From a virus (taxonomy: Duplodnaviria > Caudoviricetes): a stretch of DNA of 55,205 bases. A program made the translations under genes and the position numbers. Positions 18,373-27,769 of the stretch are shown in pieces. Position 1 is the first letter of the stretch. Each line of letters starts with the position of its first letter. The notes below the pieces were generated by a model, which searched no databases, was not told the DNA's origin, and saw only the letters and a list, made by a program, of their open reading frames with translations. Location of the stretch: the IMG/VR virus record IMGVR_UViG_3300031974_005644, positions 1 through 55,205 of that record; one strand, given 5' to 3'.

Positions 18373-20744
18373 TGCAGGTCGTCCACGTCCTGTTCGATCT
18401 CCGCGCTGTTGACCTTGCCGGTGGTGCTCAACTGCACCTGAATCTCTTCGGCAATCGTGTCGTTACCAACGCGCACCCGGAACTCGCGCGCTGCGGTCAC
18501 CGCGTTGGTGAAGAAGGCGGTCGCCTCCCCGTCGCGGAACAATGCGAAGTTCACCGTTTCATCGAACTCGCTGGGTGAAGGCGCACGGACCTGGGCAATG
18601 GTGAACGACGTCGGGTGCGGCAACTGCCGGATGCCAGACCGCCACGTCGCCGTCAGCTTGTCGCCGGTGTTGAACTCCACGATGTCGCCGCCCACCAGTA
18701 TGAAAAGCCGATCCTTGATCGGGTCCACGTAGGCCGCCGAGGCGTAGAAGCTCAGGTCCACCACCCCGTTGCCGACATCAAAGGTGAAACCGCCCTGCAC
18801 CGCTCCGGTGTCGTAGAAGACAAACAGAATCTCGTCATAGACGGCGCAGACCATGCTTTCCGGTGCCAGTGCCGCCCATTCCTCGCGGGAAAAGAACCGG
18901 TCGGTCAGGTTCACCGCGCCATTGGCCGTCACCGCAATCATGCCGTCGAAGCTGCTGTAGCAGACCCCGTATTCCTTCCAGCGCACGATGCTGGCGCGAC
19001 TGGCGCAGCCATAGATGGCGCTGATCTTGTCCATGCTCATCGCCGCCGGGTCATCGCCGCGCACCAGGTACGGGCATTCCTCCGTCATCACGATGGCTTG
19101 GTTCTCGATGGCCAGCATGCCCACCACTGGGAAGTCGGCCGCGCGCGCCCAGTCCTGCACGTAGGCGTGTGGCCGAAAGGCCACGCTGGGGTACACATCG
19201 CTGCCGCTGGCCAGCAGCATGATGCCGTTGGCGAGCGAGCAAATGTCACTGGTGCTGGCCGGCGGCTCAATCCAGTCCGCGCTTTCCAGAACGATGCGGG
19301 ACAGATCCTCCGTGGCCTGATCATCCGCGAAGGTCGTCGTGACGTTCGGCAGATCATCCTGATCAGCCACCAAGCGCAGCACCGTGGAACCATCACCGGT
19401 CACCGCGCGGTACAGGCGCTTGCCGACAATGCCGTATTCGGTTGTCACGCCCGCGCTCGGCGCAACGATGGCCGACACATCACGAGACAGCTCGTCCGCC
19501 ACCGGAACGATGCGACTCAACGGTGACGGGGCTGACTCTTCGCCGTAGAGATTCACCCACGTGTAGGCATAGCGGGTGTTTTCTACGCCATCCCCTGCGT
19601 AATTACCCACAAGAGCCAACGTGATGTTGTCCACCCTCGCGGTGATGCCGGCCGTCCTTGAAGGGGTTGCATTGACGCTGAACCCGTACCACGACTCACC
19701 GGACTGAAGGATTGACGTGGCAGATTCTGAAAATGCCACGGCACCTGTTGGGGTGGTGCTCTGCGATATTTCCCCGGAATAGAGATTTGATGCTCCGGCG
19801 CTCGTTCCCAAACTGAAGCGCGTAGTCACAAGAAAGTTGCCCGCAGACTGAATCTCGTTCGTCACCTCCACCTGCAAGTGGTAGTTGACCCCGAATGACA
19901 TGAGCCCCGTTACAGACTCAGCCGTCAGCGCGAATTGCCGCGACCAGCTTTCTTGAAATCCGAATGTGAACGAAGCCGTACCACTCGCGTTAATTAGGAC
20001 TCTCGCCCAGACCCCCCGGCCATCTTCGGTTGCTGAGTAGGTGAATACCAAAGCCCCAAATCCGCCGTCGCTTGGCGTGTCAATGCTGAACGTGCAGCGC
20101 ATCCGGCTGTAGTAAGCCCCGCCGAACCCATCGTTTCGGGTCATGTACGCGACGGTCTGGGGCCGATCAGAGCCGCCAACTGCGGTCAGCTTGTAAGCCC
20201 CCGCTGCGCTTTCAGCGACAGCGTCATCCTCTGTCGAGGTCACCCACCCAGCGAGGCTGCCCTGGTCATAGGTCGCATCAATATCAGGGTTTGCATCCAC
20301 CACCACGGCAACCGTCGGGGCCGCATCCGGCGCTCGCACACCGAGCCGATAGGTAGTCAATGGGAAATTAGTGCCCGCGCCATTCTGAGCGGTCGGGATG
20401 TCCGTCACCTGCGGCGTCGCCAGCCCAGCGATATAGATGCGCTCCTTCGTGGCGGCGTCTGACGGCGGCTTGGCAAACCCGCGTGCCACCCGGGCAAAGC
20501 CTTCGGCCTCAGTCCAATGCAGCCACACCGGGCCGGGGTCGGCGGTGAAGCGGCCGTACAGGTCCAAGGGATAGATCGCATTGATCGTCCCCGGCTTGGT
20601 CGGCTCGTTCACCAGGGTGTTGGCGCGCCAGGCTTCAAGGTCACCCGACTTCAGCCGGGCATTGGAGCAGACCTCTGCAAACTCATCAGGCAGCAGTCGG
20701 CTGGCCAGCTTGGGTATCCGGCCACGGAACAACCCGAATTTCAT
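18369..20744 (-). CDS. tail tubular / nozzle (DNA stabilisation) protein
   Basis: FRGRIPKLASRLLP N-terminus, YAYTWVNLYGEESAPSP, GCASRASIV; position in the tail cluster. Confidence 0.7.
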   Translation of the reverse strand: MKFGLFRGRIPKLASRLLPDEFAEVCSNARLKSGDLEAWRANTLVNEPTKPGTINAIYPLDLYGRFTADPGPVWLHWTEAEGFARVARGFAKPPSDAATKERIYIAGLATPQVTDIPTAQNGAGTNFPLTTYRLGVRAPDAAPTVAVVVDANPDIDATYDQGSLAGWVTSTEDDAVAESAAGAYKLTAVGGSDRPQTVAYMTRNDGFGGAYYSRMRCTFSIDTPSDGGFGALVFTYSATEDGRGVWARVLINASGTASFTFGFQESWSRQFALTAESVTGLMSFGVNYHLQVEVTNEIQSAGNFLVTTRFSLGTSAGASNLYSGEISQSTTPTGAVAFSESATSILQSGESWYGFSVNATPSRTAGITARVDNITLALVGNYAGDGVENTRYAYTWVNLYGEESAPSPLSRIVPVADELSRDVSAIVAPSAGVTTEYGIVGKRLYRAVTGDGSTVLRLVADQDDLPNVTTTFADDQATEDLSRIVLESADWIEPPASTSDICSLANGIMLLASGSDVYPSVAFRPHAYVQDWARAADFPVVGMLAIENQAIVMTEECPYLVRGDDPAAMSMDKISAIYGCASRASIVRWKEYGVCYSSFDGMIAVTANGAVNLTDRFFSREEWAALAPESMVCAVYDEILFVFYDTGAVQGGFTFDVGNGVVDLSFYASAAYVDPIKDRLFILVGGDIVEFNTGDKLTATWRSGIRQLPHPTSFTIAQVRAPSPSEFDETVNFALFRDGEATAFFTNAVTAAREFRVRVGNDTIAEEIQVQLSTTGKVNSAEIEQDVDDLQ

Positions 20745-21406
20745 AGCGCGCCAGCGGTCGTGATTGACGTGGGCGTTTCTTCAGGCGGCATCGGCGTGAT
20801 CATTTGCTGCACCTGAGCATGCACCCCAAGGCTGTTCGCCCATTGCGACAGCCACACCTGCGCCCGCGTCATGTCGCCGCGCTTGCTGGTCTTTGCCAGG
20901 GCGTAACCGACCACCCACGCATGCAACGCCGACTCGTAGATGTCCGGCAGCGGGAAAATATCGGTTGGAGCCGTGAGGCGAGTCGGTGCCACTGCATAGC
21001 AGCAAAGCAACTCGGCGCCTGCGGTCGCCGGCGGATGAACCAAGAACCGTCGAGGATCACGGTTATCGACCATCACGTGGCGAAAGTTCGCAGTCGGTGT
21101 CGCCGAGTACCACTCCGGGTCAGAGTGATCGATGTCATTGCGAGGCTTCACGAAGACAACCTTGCCCTCACCGTTGGCCAGCGCGTCCAGAAACTGCGTG
21201 CCAGCGGCCGGCAGGTACTGCACCGGCCCGGCGATCAGCGTCACGGTTTCGGTCACCGTCGAGGTGTCCGGCTTGTGCGAAACCGTGGCGCTGATGCCAG
21301 CGTTCAGGTGTCCCAGCATCTCCGAAGGCGACCAGGTGCCACCGGTTTCATCGATAAGGGTTTGTGATGCGCGGTTGAGGATGACGCTTGCGGCGATAGT
21401 ACCCAT
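20741..21406 (-). CDS. head-tail adaptor protein (DUF6682-like), paralog 2
   Basis: TLIDE...WS..E..G.LN...KPD...DNRDPRRFLVHPP...LPDIYESAL. Confidence 0.7.
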   Translation of the reverse strand: MGTIAASVILNRASQTLIDETGGTWSPSEMLGHLNAGISATVSHKPDTSTVTETVTLIAGPVQYLPAAGTQFLDALANGEGKVVFVKPRNDIDHSDPEWYSATPTANFRHVMVDNRDPRRFLVHPPATAGAELLCCYAVAPTRLTAPTDIFPLPDIYESALHAWVVGYALAKTSKRGDMTRAQVWLSQWANSLGVHAQVQQMITPMPPEETPTSITTAGAL

Positions 21407-21433
21407 TGTCTCAGGCTCCGGTGAGTCGAATGA

Positions 21434-24400
21434 TCATTCGCTGACAGTTAGATGGCTGTCGATAATTGCTGATCGGATGACGCGCCCGCCGTCAGCGTTG
21501 GGGTGGACGCCGTCGCCGTAGAGGCCGCGCGCGTCGGCGTCCACGAACTCACCGAAAAACCGTTTCAGATCGATGAATGCCCAGCCGTTCTCGCGTGCGA
21601 GCGCAAACAGCTGATCGTTGTAGTCGTCGATCTCAAATGTGCGAACGAGATCGTTCGGACCAGGTCCGACGAGCAGAATGTCGCAACGCGGAGACCCGGC
21701 AATAATCCGGTCAGCGACGTTTTTAATCCGCGTTTTGAAAGCCTCTAGCGTGACGTTTTGGCTGTTGTCGTTGGTTCCCAGCAGAATAATCGCCAGGTGC
21801 GGCGCCAACGCCGAATACGCTGCGGTTAGGTTCCCCGCCGGCACTGACTCAAATCTCAGCGCGGTGGCGCCACCATTACCCAGCTTGTGCACAACGGCCT
21901 GCCCAGGTGTGTCGTTGCGTATATCTACGCCGGTGATCGTTACGCCGGAGCCCCCGGCGGATAAAATCGCCAGGTTGAGCTGCTCGTCCGCCGCGCCGGT
22001 AACCTCGATCGTTTGGTGCCCCGCAGCGGCGTCGGTATCGACATCGACAGGCGTGCCTGCGCCAAGCGCATAGCTGAACGTACCGCCGTCGGGAGTGGTG
22101 ACGTAGTGAATCACGTACCTACTCACCGCCGCAGCGGAATACGAAAGCGTAGCGGCGGGATCAGTGGTGGTCGCGTGGGTCGTGTCCGGGCCGAACACGC
22201 CCGGCTCCACGCGCACGTCAGTCCACGCTCCAGACCGAATGCGGGTGGCCCCCGCCGCAGTGTCAATGTCGATATTTGCGCTCACGTAACCGGGCGCCGA
22301 AACTCCCATCTGGGAGTCCAAGTAGTCGCGCAACGGACCATAGATACGGAACGCCGTGTTGACCCAGCTATCTCCTATTACGGCGACAATTAACTCGCCC
22401 GCACCGCCCGAGATTTTGGCTCGCTGGGCGCGATAGCTGCGCAAGTTCCAGTTTCCCCAGGCTGCGGAGTTTTCGCGCGGCAGCTCAGGGCCGCCCAGCG
22501 CGTCGAGTTGCTGCTGCTGATCCGCATCGACAAGCGCCAGATATGCGCTGTCATCAAACGCGGGCACGGTCGGGCCGTCATTCGAGTTTCCTCGGTAAGC
22601 CCACACCGCCGCGATGTCGAACGTTCCGTCACCGCCACTTGCTGTGATCGGATACATACGAAAGCTTACGGCGCCCGCTGGCGCAACCCCGCTCATCGTG
22701 GCCAAGCTTGGCGTGGCGCTTGCGGTAAAGGCGCTGCCGATCTGAGTGCCAATCAACGCTCCCGAGACATCTAGCCATCGGCCGATCCAATCGACCAACT
22801 CCCCGTTCCCGACGATAAGTCCACGGACAGTCAGCGTGTCTCCCTCAGCAACGCCAATGTCATCGAGCCAGATGCGCGGGCCGGACAGATCCGTGTTTCC
22901 CGTTTTCCTCAACGCCTGCCCGTCGTACACCGTGTTCGGGACGAGGGTCAGCGTTGGTGCCCCAATGGTCCCGAAGAAGTAGCGCTCGCGACCAAGCTGC
23001 TCGGTATTGGCAAGTGAAAAGTGACGGAAGAAAGGGTCGGGCCAACCGTTAATGACGCCCGTTTCGCGCTGCAGCTCCACGGCGATGGCGCTCAGCGCAT
23101 TGATCTGGTCTTGCTGATCCGCATCGATAAGCGACAGGTAGGCGCCGTCGTCAAACGCGGGAGATTCCGGCCCAACGTCCGGTTCTCCGCGGTAGGCCCA
23201 GACAGCGACAATGTCGAACACCCCGTCACCGCCACTAGCGGTGACGGGGTACATGCGGACGCCCACCGCTCCCGCGGGCACCACGCCGGTCATCGTCGCT
23301 GTCGTCGGGGTCGCCGATGCCGTCACCCTGCCGCCCGGATTCGCAACCCCGCCGATCTGGACGCCAACTACAGTGCCTGATGCGTCAAGCCAGCGTCCCA
23401 GCCAGTCAACCACCTCGCCGTTACCGATGACCAGCCCTCGGATAGTAAGGGAATCCCCCTCGACTACGCCCACATCGTCAAACCATATTCTCGGGCCTGA
23501 TAGATCGCTGTTGCCAGTTTTGCGAAGCGCCTGCCCGTCGTACACCGCATTCGGAACCAAGGCCAAGGTTGGCGCGCCGGGAGATCCAAAAAAGTACCGA
23601 GCGCGCCCAAACTGGGCGGCAGTGTCCAGTGCAAAATAGCGGAAGAATGGATCCGCCCAGCCATTCACTTTGCCAGTGATTTTTTCGGTTGCAAACGACC
23701 TCTCTGCTGCGAACCGATCGCGCAGCGAAAGATATTCCGCATCATCAAAATTGGGCCAGGCAGGCGCCTGGTCTACGTCGCCTTTGGTGACGTACAGCGC
23801 AAGGATGTCAAACGTAATTCCTGCATCACTTGTGTATGGGTAGAGCGCCAGCCCAAATGCGCCCGCTGGAACAACCGTTGTCCGCTTCACAACCGACAGT
23901 CCGCTTATTTCCGACGCCCCGCTCATGACTTGGGGGCCAACAAGGGTCTGCGGGTTGCCGTTGGTGAATGCGCCTGGGAAAAAAATGTCGGCCGTCGCGC
24001 TGGGTTGCACAACGTAGGTGACCGTGATCGTCTCACCTTCATCCGCGCCGAGGTCCCCAAGATCAATATGGGGACCCGATGTTTGCACCCCTACATTCGC
24101 GGTTCGCCGCAACGCGTTGCCGTCGAATTGAGTGTTACCTACCAAGGTAAATCCAGTCCCACCACTGGCGAATCGATAGCGCACAAAGCCGAACTGGGAT
24201 ACGTTGGAATAGTCAAAATGCCGGAAAAACGGGTCAGGCCATCCGTTGATGAGCCCCGTTTCGCGACGGCGTTCAACAGCAAGTGCAGAAGGGTACCGAG
24301 ACACCTCCGCCGCAACCGGCCCGGCGTCTCTGCGATACCTGATGATTTCTAGGCCACTGGCGCCTACAACTTGGAACTGGTCGCCATCGGCGACAGCCGC

Positions 24401-25120
24401 CAACCCCGTCGCGGTATCGTCATAAACATCGGCGTTGACGAATGCGTTGTCGGCTGCCGCCTCGGAAAGCGCCACATTGGCGGCCGTCTCGAGCACGTCG
24501 GCGGCGGTCTGTGCACGATCCAGCCCGGTCTGCACCCGATCTGCCGCCGTTTGTACCCGGTCGTCTGCCGTCTGCACGGCATCAGCTTCGGTCGCGGCCA
24601 CAGCTGCGTCCAGCGCCCCCAAGTCAACTCGGTCAGCAGCTTCTTCTGCGGCTTCCTTAGCGGCAACGGCCAGCGCAGCGTTGGTGGCTGCCGCCTCCGT
24701 CGCAGCTGTCAGTTGGGCTGCTGATGCCTCAAGAATGACGAACGTCGCCACGCCAGCCACGTTGCGGTACAGCGACTTGCCGGTCTCGTCGGCCACATAA
24801 AACCAATCGCCTGCGGTGGTCCCGGCGACTGCAAGGCTGGTGTTCGTGAATATCTCTGCATTCGGGAACGACGGCGGCCGGAAAGGCATCCAGGTCACCA
24901 GATCGGTGGCCAGCTCCCACGGCGTGCTGCCAGGCGCATCGGCCACTGCCGCCACCATGCCGGGCTTGCGGCGCTCAGGGGGAATGGCGTTGCGTTCGGC
25001 AAGCGAGGCAACAGTGACCCAGCCCCCTTTCCCGTACGTGTCGACGTGGGTCGGCGTCGGCAGCCCACTGTCCAGCGGAACAATCGGCGATGCGACGGCA
25101 GTTCCTGGAATCTTCGCCAT
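21434..25120 (-). CDS. tailspike/fibre with three tandem ~200-aa modules and a C-terminal SGNH esterase
   Basis: Three NGW(P/A)DPFFR(H/Y)F modules; SGNH blocks GDSW, GNGG, LGTND, DGVHP; start at 25120 after GGAGAG. Confidence 0.8.
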   Translation of the reverse strand: MAKIPGTAVASPIVPLDSGLPTPTHVDTYGKGGWVTVASLAERNAIPPERRKPGMVAAVADAPGSTPWELATDLVTWMPFRPPSFPNAEIFTNTSLAVAGTTAGDWFYVADETGKSLYRNVAGVATFVILEASAAQLTAATEAAATNAALAVAAKEAAEEAADRVDLGALDAAVAATEADAVQTADDRVQTAADRVQTGLDRAQTAADVLETAANVALSEAAADNAFVNADVYDDTATGLAAVADGDQFQVVGASGLEIIRYRRDAGPVAAEVSRYPSALAVERRRETGLINGWPDPFFRHFDYSNVSQFGFVRYRFASGGTGFTLVGNTQFDGNALRRTANVGVQTSGPHIDLGDLGADEGETITVTYVVQPSATADIFFPGAFTNGNPQTLVGPQVMSGASEISGLSVVKRTTVVPAGAFGLALYPYTSDAGITFDILALYVTKGDVDQAPAWPNFDDAEYLSLRDRFAAERSFATEKITGKVNGWADPFFRYFALDTAAQFGRARYFFGSPGAPTLALVPNAVYDGQALRKTGNSDLSGPRIWFDDVGVVEGDSLTIRGLVIGNGEVVDWLGRWLDASGTVVGVQIGGVANPGGRVTASATPTTATMTGVVPAGAVGVRMYPVTASGGDGVFDIVAVWAYRGEPDVGPESPAFDDGAYLSLIDADQQDQINALSAIAVELQRETGVINGWPDPFFRHFSLANTEQLGRERYFFGTIGAPTLTLVPNTVYDGQALRKTGNTDLSGPRIWLDDIGVAEGDTLTVRGLIVGNGELVDWIGRWLDVSGALIGTQIGSAFTASATPSLATMSGVAPAGAVSFRMYPITASGGDGTFDIAAVWAYRGNSNDGPTVPAFDDSAYLALVDADQQQQLDALGGPELPRENSAAWGNWNLRSYRAQRAKISGGAGELIVAVIGDSWVNTAFRIYGPLRDYLDSQMGVSAPGYVSANIDIDTAAGATRIRSGAWTDVRVEPGVFGPDTTHATTTDPAATLSYSAAAVSRYVIHYVTTPDGGTFSYALGAGTPVDVDTDAAAGHQTIEVTGAADEQLNLAILSAGGSGVTITGVDIRNDTPGQAVVHKLGNGGATALRFESVPAGNLTAAYSALAPHLAIILLGTNDNSQNVTLEAFKTRIKNVADRIIAGSPRCDILLVGPGPNDLVRTFEIDDYNDQLFALARENGWAFIDLKRFFGEFVDADARGLYGDGVHPNADGGRVIRSAIIDSHLTVSE

Positions 25121-25121
25121 T

Positions 25122-25445
25122 TCAGTTGCTCTCCAGCGTGGTGTCACCGGCCACTGGGTCCGGGGATCGATAAAGGGTGTAGGGGGTCGCGGCACCGTTC
25201 ACGGTGAGCACGACAGGGGTCTCAATGCACACCAGATTCAGCGGGTGCAGGGTGAAAGGCGGCACAGGCCCAAAGGTCGTCGGCATGGCGATGAAGAGGT
25301 AGTCGCCCAACGTCACGTCCACGAAGGCATAAGTGCCGATGCGGCCGGTCTGCTCACGGGTGTTGGCCAGGTCCTGGACTTCGGTGGCAGACAGGGTTTC
25401 CCCTGCCACGCTACCCCAGTAGACCGGCATCAAGGTGCATGACAT
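25122..25445 (-). CDS. small virion protein, probable fibre partner
   Basis: Coupled ORF directly upstream of the tailspike; YTLYRS C-terminal motif. Confidence 0.55.
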   Translation of the reverse strand: MSCTLMPVYWGSVAGETLSATEVQDLANTREQTGRIGTYAFVDVTLGDYLFIAMPTTFGPVPPFTLHPLNLVCIETPVVLTVNGAATPYTLYRSPDPVAGDTTLESN

Positions 25446-25447
25446 GG

Positions 25448-26101
25448 CTATCGCCTCCGTAGCTGTTCGGTGGCCGCTTCGCCGGTGGCGATGGCGTTGA
25501 GCAAGGTCGTGAACACCTGCATGTGCACAGCGGCGCGGTTGTTGTCGGGCTCTTCGCCCTCTCGGCCGGTGCCGCGCATCAGGGCACGACCGACGACGTA
25601 GCCGCGCAGCGCGTCTTCGTAGATGTCATCGATCGGCAACGGCTGGGCCTCGTCCACGTACCGCGTCGGCGTGGCGTTGTAGACGCCCTCAATCCACGAC
25701 GGGGGAAACTCCATGGGCGGGTAGACGTAGAAATACTTCTGGTCGCGCATGTCGTAGGCGTACTGCTCGACCGTGTTGCTCTGCGGCGCGTTGTGCCAGT
25801 TCGGGTCAGCCCGGTTCAGCTCTTCCAGTTCGGTCCACTGAATGGCCCGGCCTGGCTTGGCGCCGTCGGCACCTGCATTGCGCAGAATGCGGATCAGGTA
25901 AGTACCGTCGCTGGGCAGGGTCTGCACGCTGCCCTCTGCCAGTTGCCAGCGCTTCTGCACCGAATAGGCATCGGGCTTCGCGGCCACAATGGCGTTGATG
26001 GCCGAGGCCAGATAGTCCAGTAGCTCGCCACGCGAGAACGTGAAGTTGGTCTCGTCGTAGAGCACCTTCGCGGCGGCATCAATCAGCTTGGTGCCGATCA
26101 C
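25448..26101 (-). CDS. head-tail adaptor protein (DUF6682-like), paralog 1
   Basis: VLYDE...FS..EL..YL...KPD...DMRDQKYFYVYPP...IDDIYEDAL; GTG overlaps the upstream stop. Confidence 0.7.
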   Translation of the reverse strand: MIGTKLIDAAAKVLYDETNFTFSRGELLDYLASAINAIVAAKPDAYSVQKRWQLAEGSVQTLPSDGTYLIRILRNAGADGAKPGRAIQWTELEELNRADPNWHNAPQSNTVEQYAYDMRDQKYFYVYPPMEFPPSWIEGVYNATPTRYVDEAQPLPIDDIYEDALRGYVVGRALMRGTGREGEEPDNNRAAVHMQVFTTLLNAIATGEAATEQLRRR

Positions 26102-26706
26102 AGCGCACGCCCTCCGCGCCGAGCCCATGGGTCAACCGACCGGCGTCGCGCCGTGGTGCCGCCAGCACGACCGTAGCTGCGTGCAACCGCCAGCTTCGTG
26201 GCCCATTGATCGGCATGGAATCTCACCAGTTGCGGGGCTGACCACGCCTTGTTCGGGCTGGCCATCAGCCGTGCTTTCACGCCGTGCTGAATGGCCTCGA
26301 TCCACTCGTCGTAGAGGATGTCGGGCAGTTCGGTGGCGTCGGGATCGGGAATCAACACCGCCTGCACGATCAGCGTGCCGGTGCCGGGATCGCAGCGCAG
26401 TTCAATGGCATCGCCCGAGCGGGTCCAGTGCGTGCCTTCCGGCAGATCGCTGGCGCCGCGCGACACGTTCAGCACCTCGTGGCCCTGCACCGTCACGACG
26501 TCGATGTCATGCAGGCGGCCGCACTCCGGTAACGGCGTCAGCGGGTAAACGCCAGCACCGTCCGTTTCAATCTGGAAAGTCACCCGCCAAAGCCGACCGA
26601 CACGACACAACTCGCGGGCGCACTCGTTCACGGCTCGAATCAGCAGTGGTGACGGCACACCCGGCAGGTCCTCCCGGCATCGATCGGCAAAGGCGAGCGC
26701 CTTCAT
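26098..26706 (-). CDS. virion adaptor/connector protein
   Basis: PGVPSPL...ARELC...LW and EAI.HG...RLM..P.KAWS.P motifs; position after the capsid genes. Confidence 0.65.
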   Translation of the reverse strand: MKALAFADRCREDLPGVPSPLLIRAVNECARELCRVGRLWRVTFQIETDGAGVYPLTPLPECGRLHDIDVVTVQGHEVLNVSRGASDLPEGTHWTRSGDAIELRCDPGTGTLIVQAVLIPDPDATELPDILYDEWIEAIQHGVKARLMASPNKAWSAPQLVRFHADQWATKLAVARSYGRAGGTTARRRSVDPWARRGGRAL

Positions 26707-26707
26707 T

Positions 26708-27295
26708 TCAGCCTCGTGCCTGTTCGATCAGCGCCAGGGCCTCGGCAATCTCGACGGCGCTCACCTTCTCGCCGACACGATCACTGACCACGCCGACACG
26801 CGGGGCATGCGTTGGCTTCTGGGCGTACTGCTCAGGGTCATTCGGGTCCATGTCCTTGACGACCGCCATGATCTTGTTCATGCGCGCCACGGCCAGTTCA
26901 CGGCTTGCCGGGTCCTTGTCGGTGGTTGAGCCAGGCGCGTCGGTCGTCGGGGCCTTGGGCGGCTTGGGCACAGGCGCCGACTCGCGTGCCTTGATCTCGG
27001 CTGAAATCTCGTCACGCAGGGCATGCAGGTCGGGGATCGACAGATCCTTCCACACACCCTTCACGGCCTCGACGTTGCCGGCGGCGGTGTTGCGGGCAGC
27101 TTCACGCTTGCCGTAGGCCTCGGGCGTGATCTCCTGCCATTCCTTCGGGTGCATCAGGTAGAACCCTGCTTCAGCAGCAGGAATCTCCAGCGCGGAGCCG
27201 CGAGCCGCCCAGACGCGACGCGTTTTCAGCACGTCGTCCACGCGATTCTTCTGCCGGCCGACGTATTCGACCAGCACGGTGTCTTTGGTTGACAT
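26708..27295 (-). CDS. hypothetical head-region protein
   Basis: ORF with GGAGG SD before the ATG at 27295. Confidence 0.6.
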   Translation of the reverse strand: MSTKDTVLVEYVGRQKNRVDDVLKTRRVWAARGSALEIPAAEAGFYLMHPKEWQEITPEAYGKREAARNTAAGNVEAVKGVWKDLSIPDLHALRDEISAEIKARESAPVPKPPKAPTTDAPGSTTDKDPASRELAVARMNKIMAVVKDMDPNDPEQYAQKPTHAPRVGVVSDRVGEKVSAVEIAEALALIEQARG

Positions 27296-27305
27296 AGGTA
27301 CCTCC

Positions 27306-27341
27306 AAAAAGGTGGGGCCGGGCAACTACCCAGCCCCAACC
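27306..27341 (-). terminator. intrinsic terminator after the capsid genes
   Basis: GGGGCTGGG-loop-CCCGGCCCC hairpin followed by a T-tract on the minus strand. Confidence 0.65.
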
Positions 27342-27343
27342 GG

Positions 27344-27757
27344 TTACTGCCCGATGGTCTGCACCACGGGCACAAGGTGGAACGTCTTGGCGGTCAGCGC
27401 GGCACCGGCGATGGTCATCGTCAGATACGCGGGCTTGGCGAAGACGATCGGGAGCGTCCCGACGTTGGCCCGAACCCGACCCACTGCGGCGAGCGAGGTG
27501 CCCGCAGCAATGAAGGCGTCGGGGTCAGCGGCGCTGCCATCAACGTAGGCCCAGCCGACTTGCGCCGTCAGGTCTGCAGTGGTGGCAGGCACGAGGACCG
27601 ACAGGTCCAGCACCTTCACCCCGGCGGCCACGGTGCCGAACCGGATCACATCCGCAATGGATGCGTCACCGGTGAAGCTGAGGACCTGGGTGATGTCGGA
27701 CCCGTCAGGGCCGTCCTTCACGAAGGTCTGGTACCCACTTGCGTTTACATTTGCCAT
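27344..27757 (-). CDS. capsid decoration / minor capsid protein
   Basis: Small beta-rich ORF immediately after the major capsid gene; AGGAGG SD. Confidence 0.65.
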   Translation of the reverse strand: MANVNASGYQTFVKDGPDGSDITQVLSFTGDASIADVIRFGTVAAGVKVLDLSVLVPATTADLTAQVGWAYVDGSAADPDAFIAAGTSLAAVGRVRANVGTLPIVFAKPAYLTMTIAGAALTAKTFHLVPVVQTIGQ

Positions 27758-27769
27758 GTCATGCCTCCT

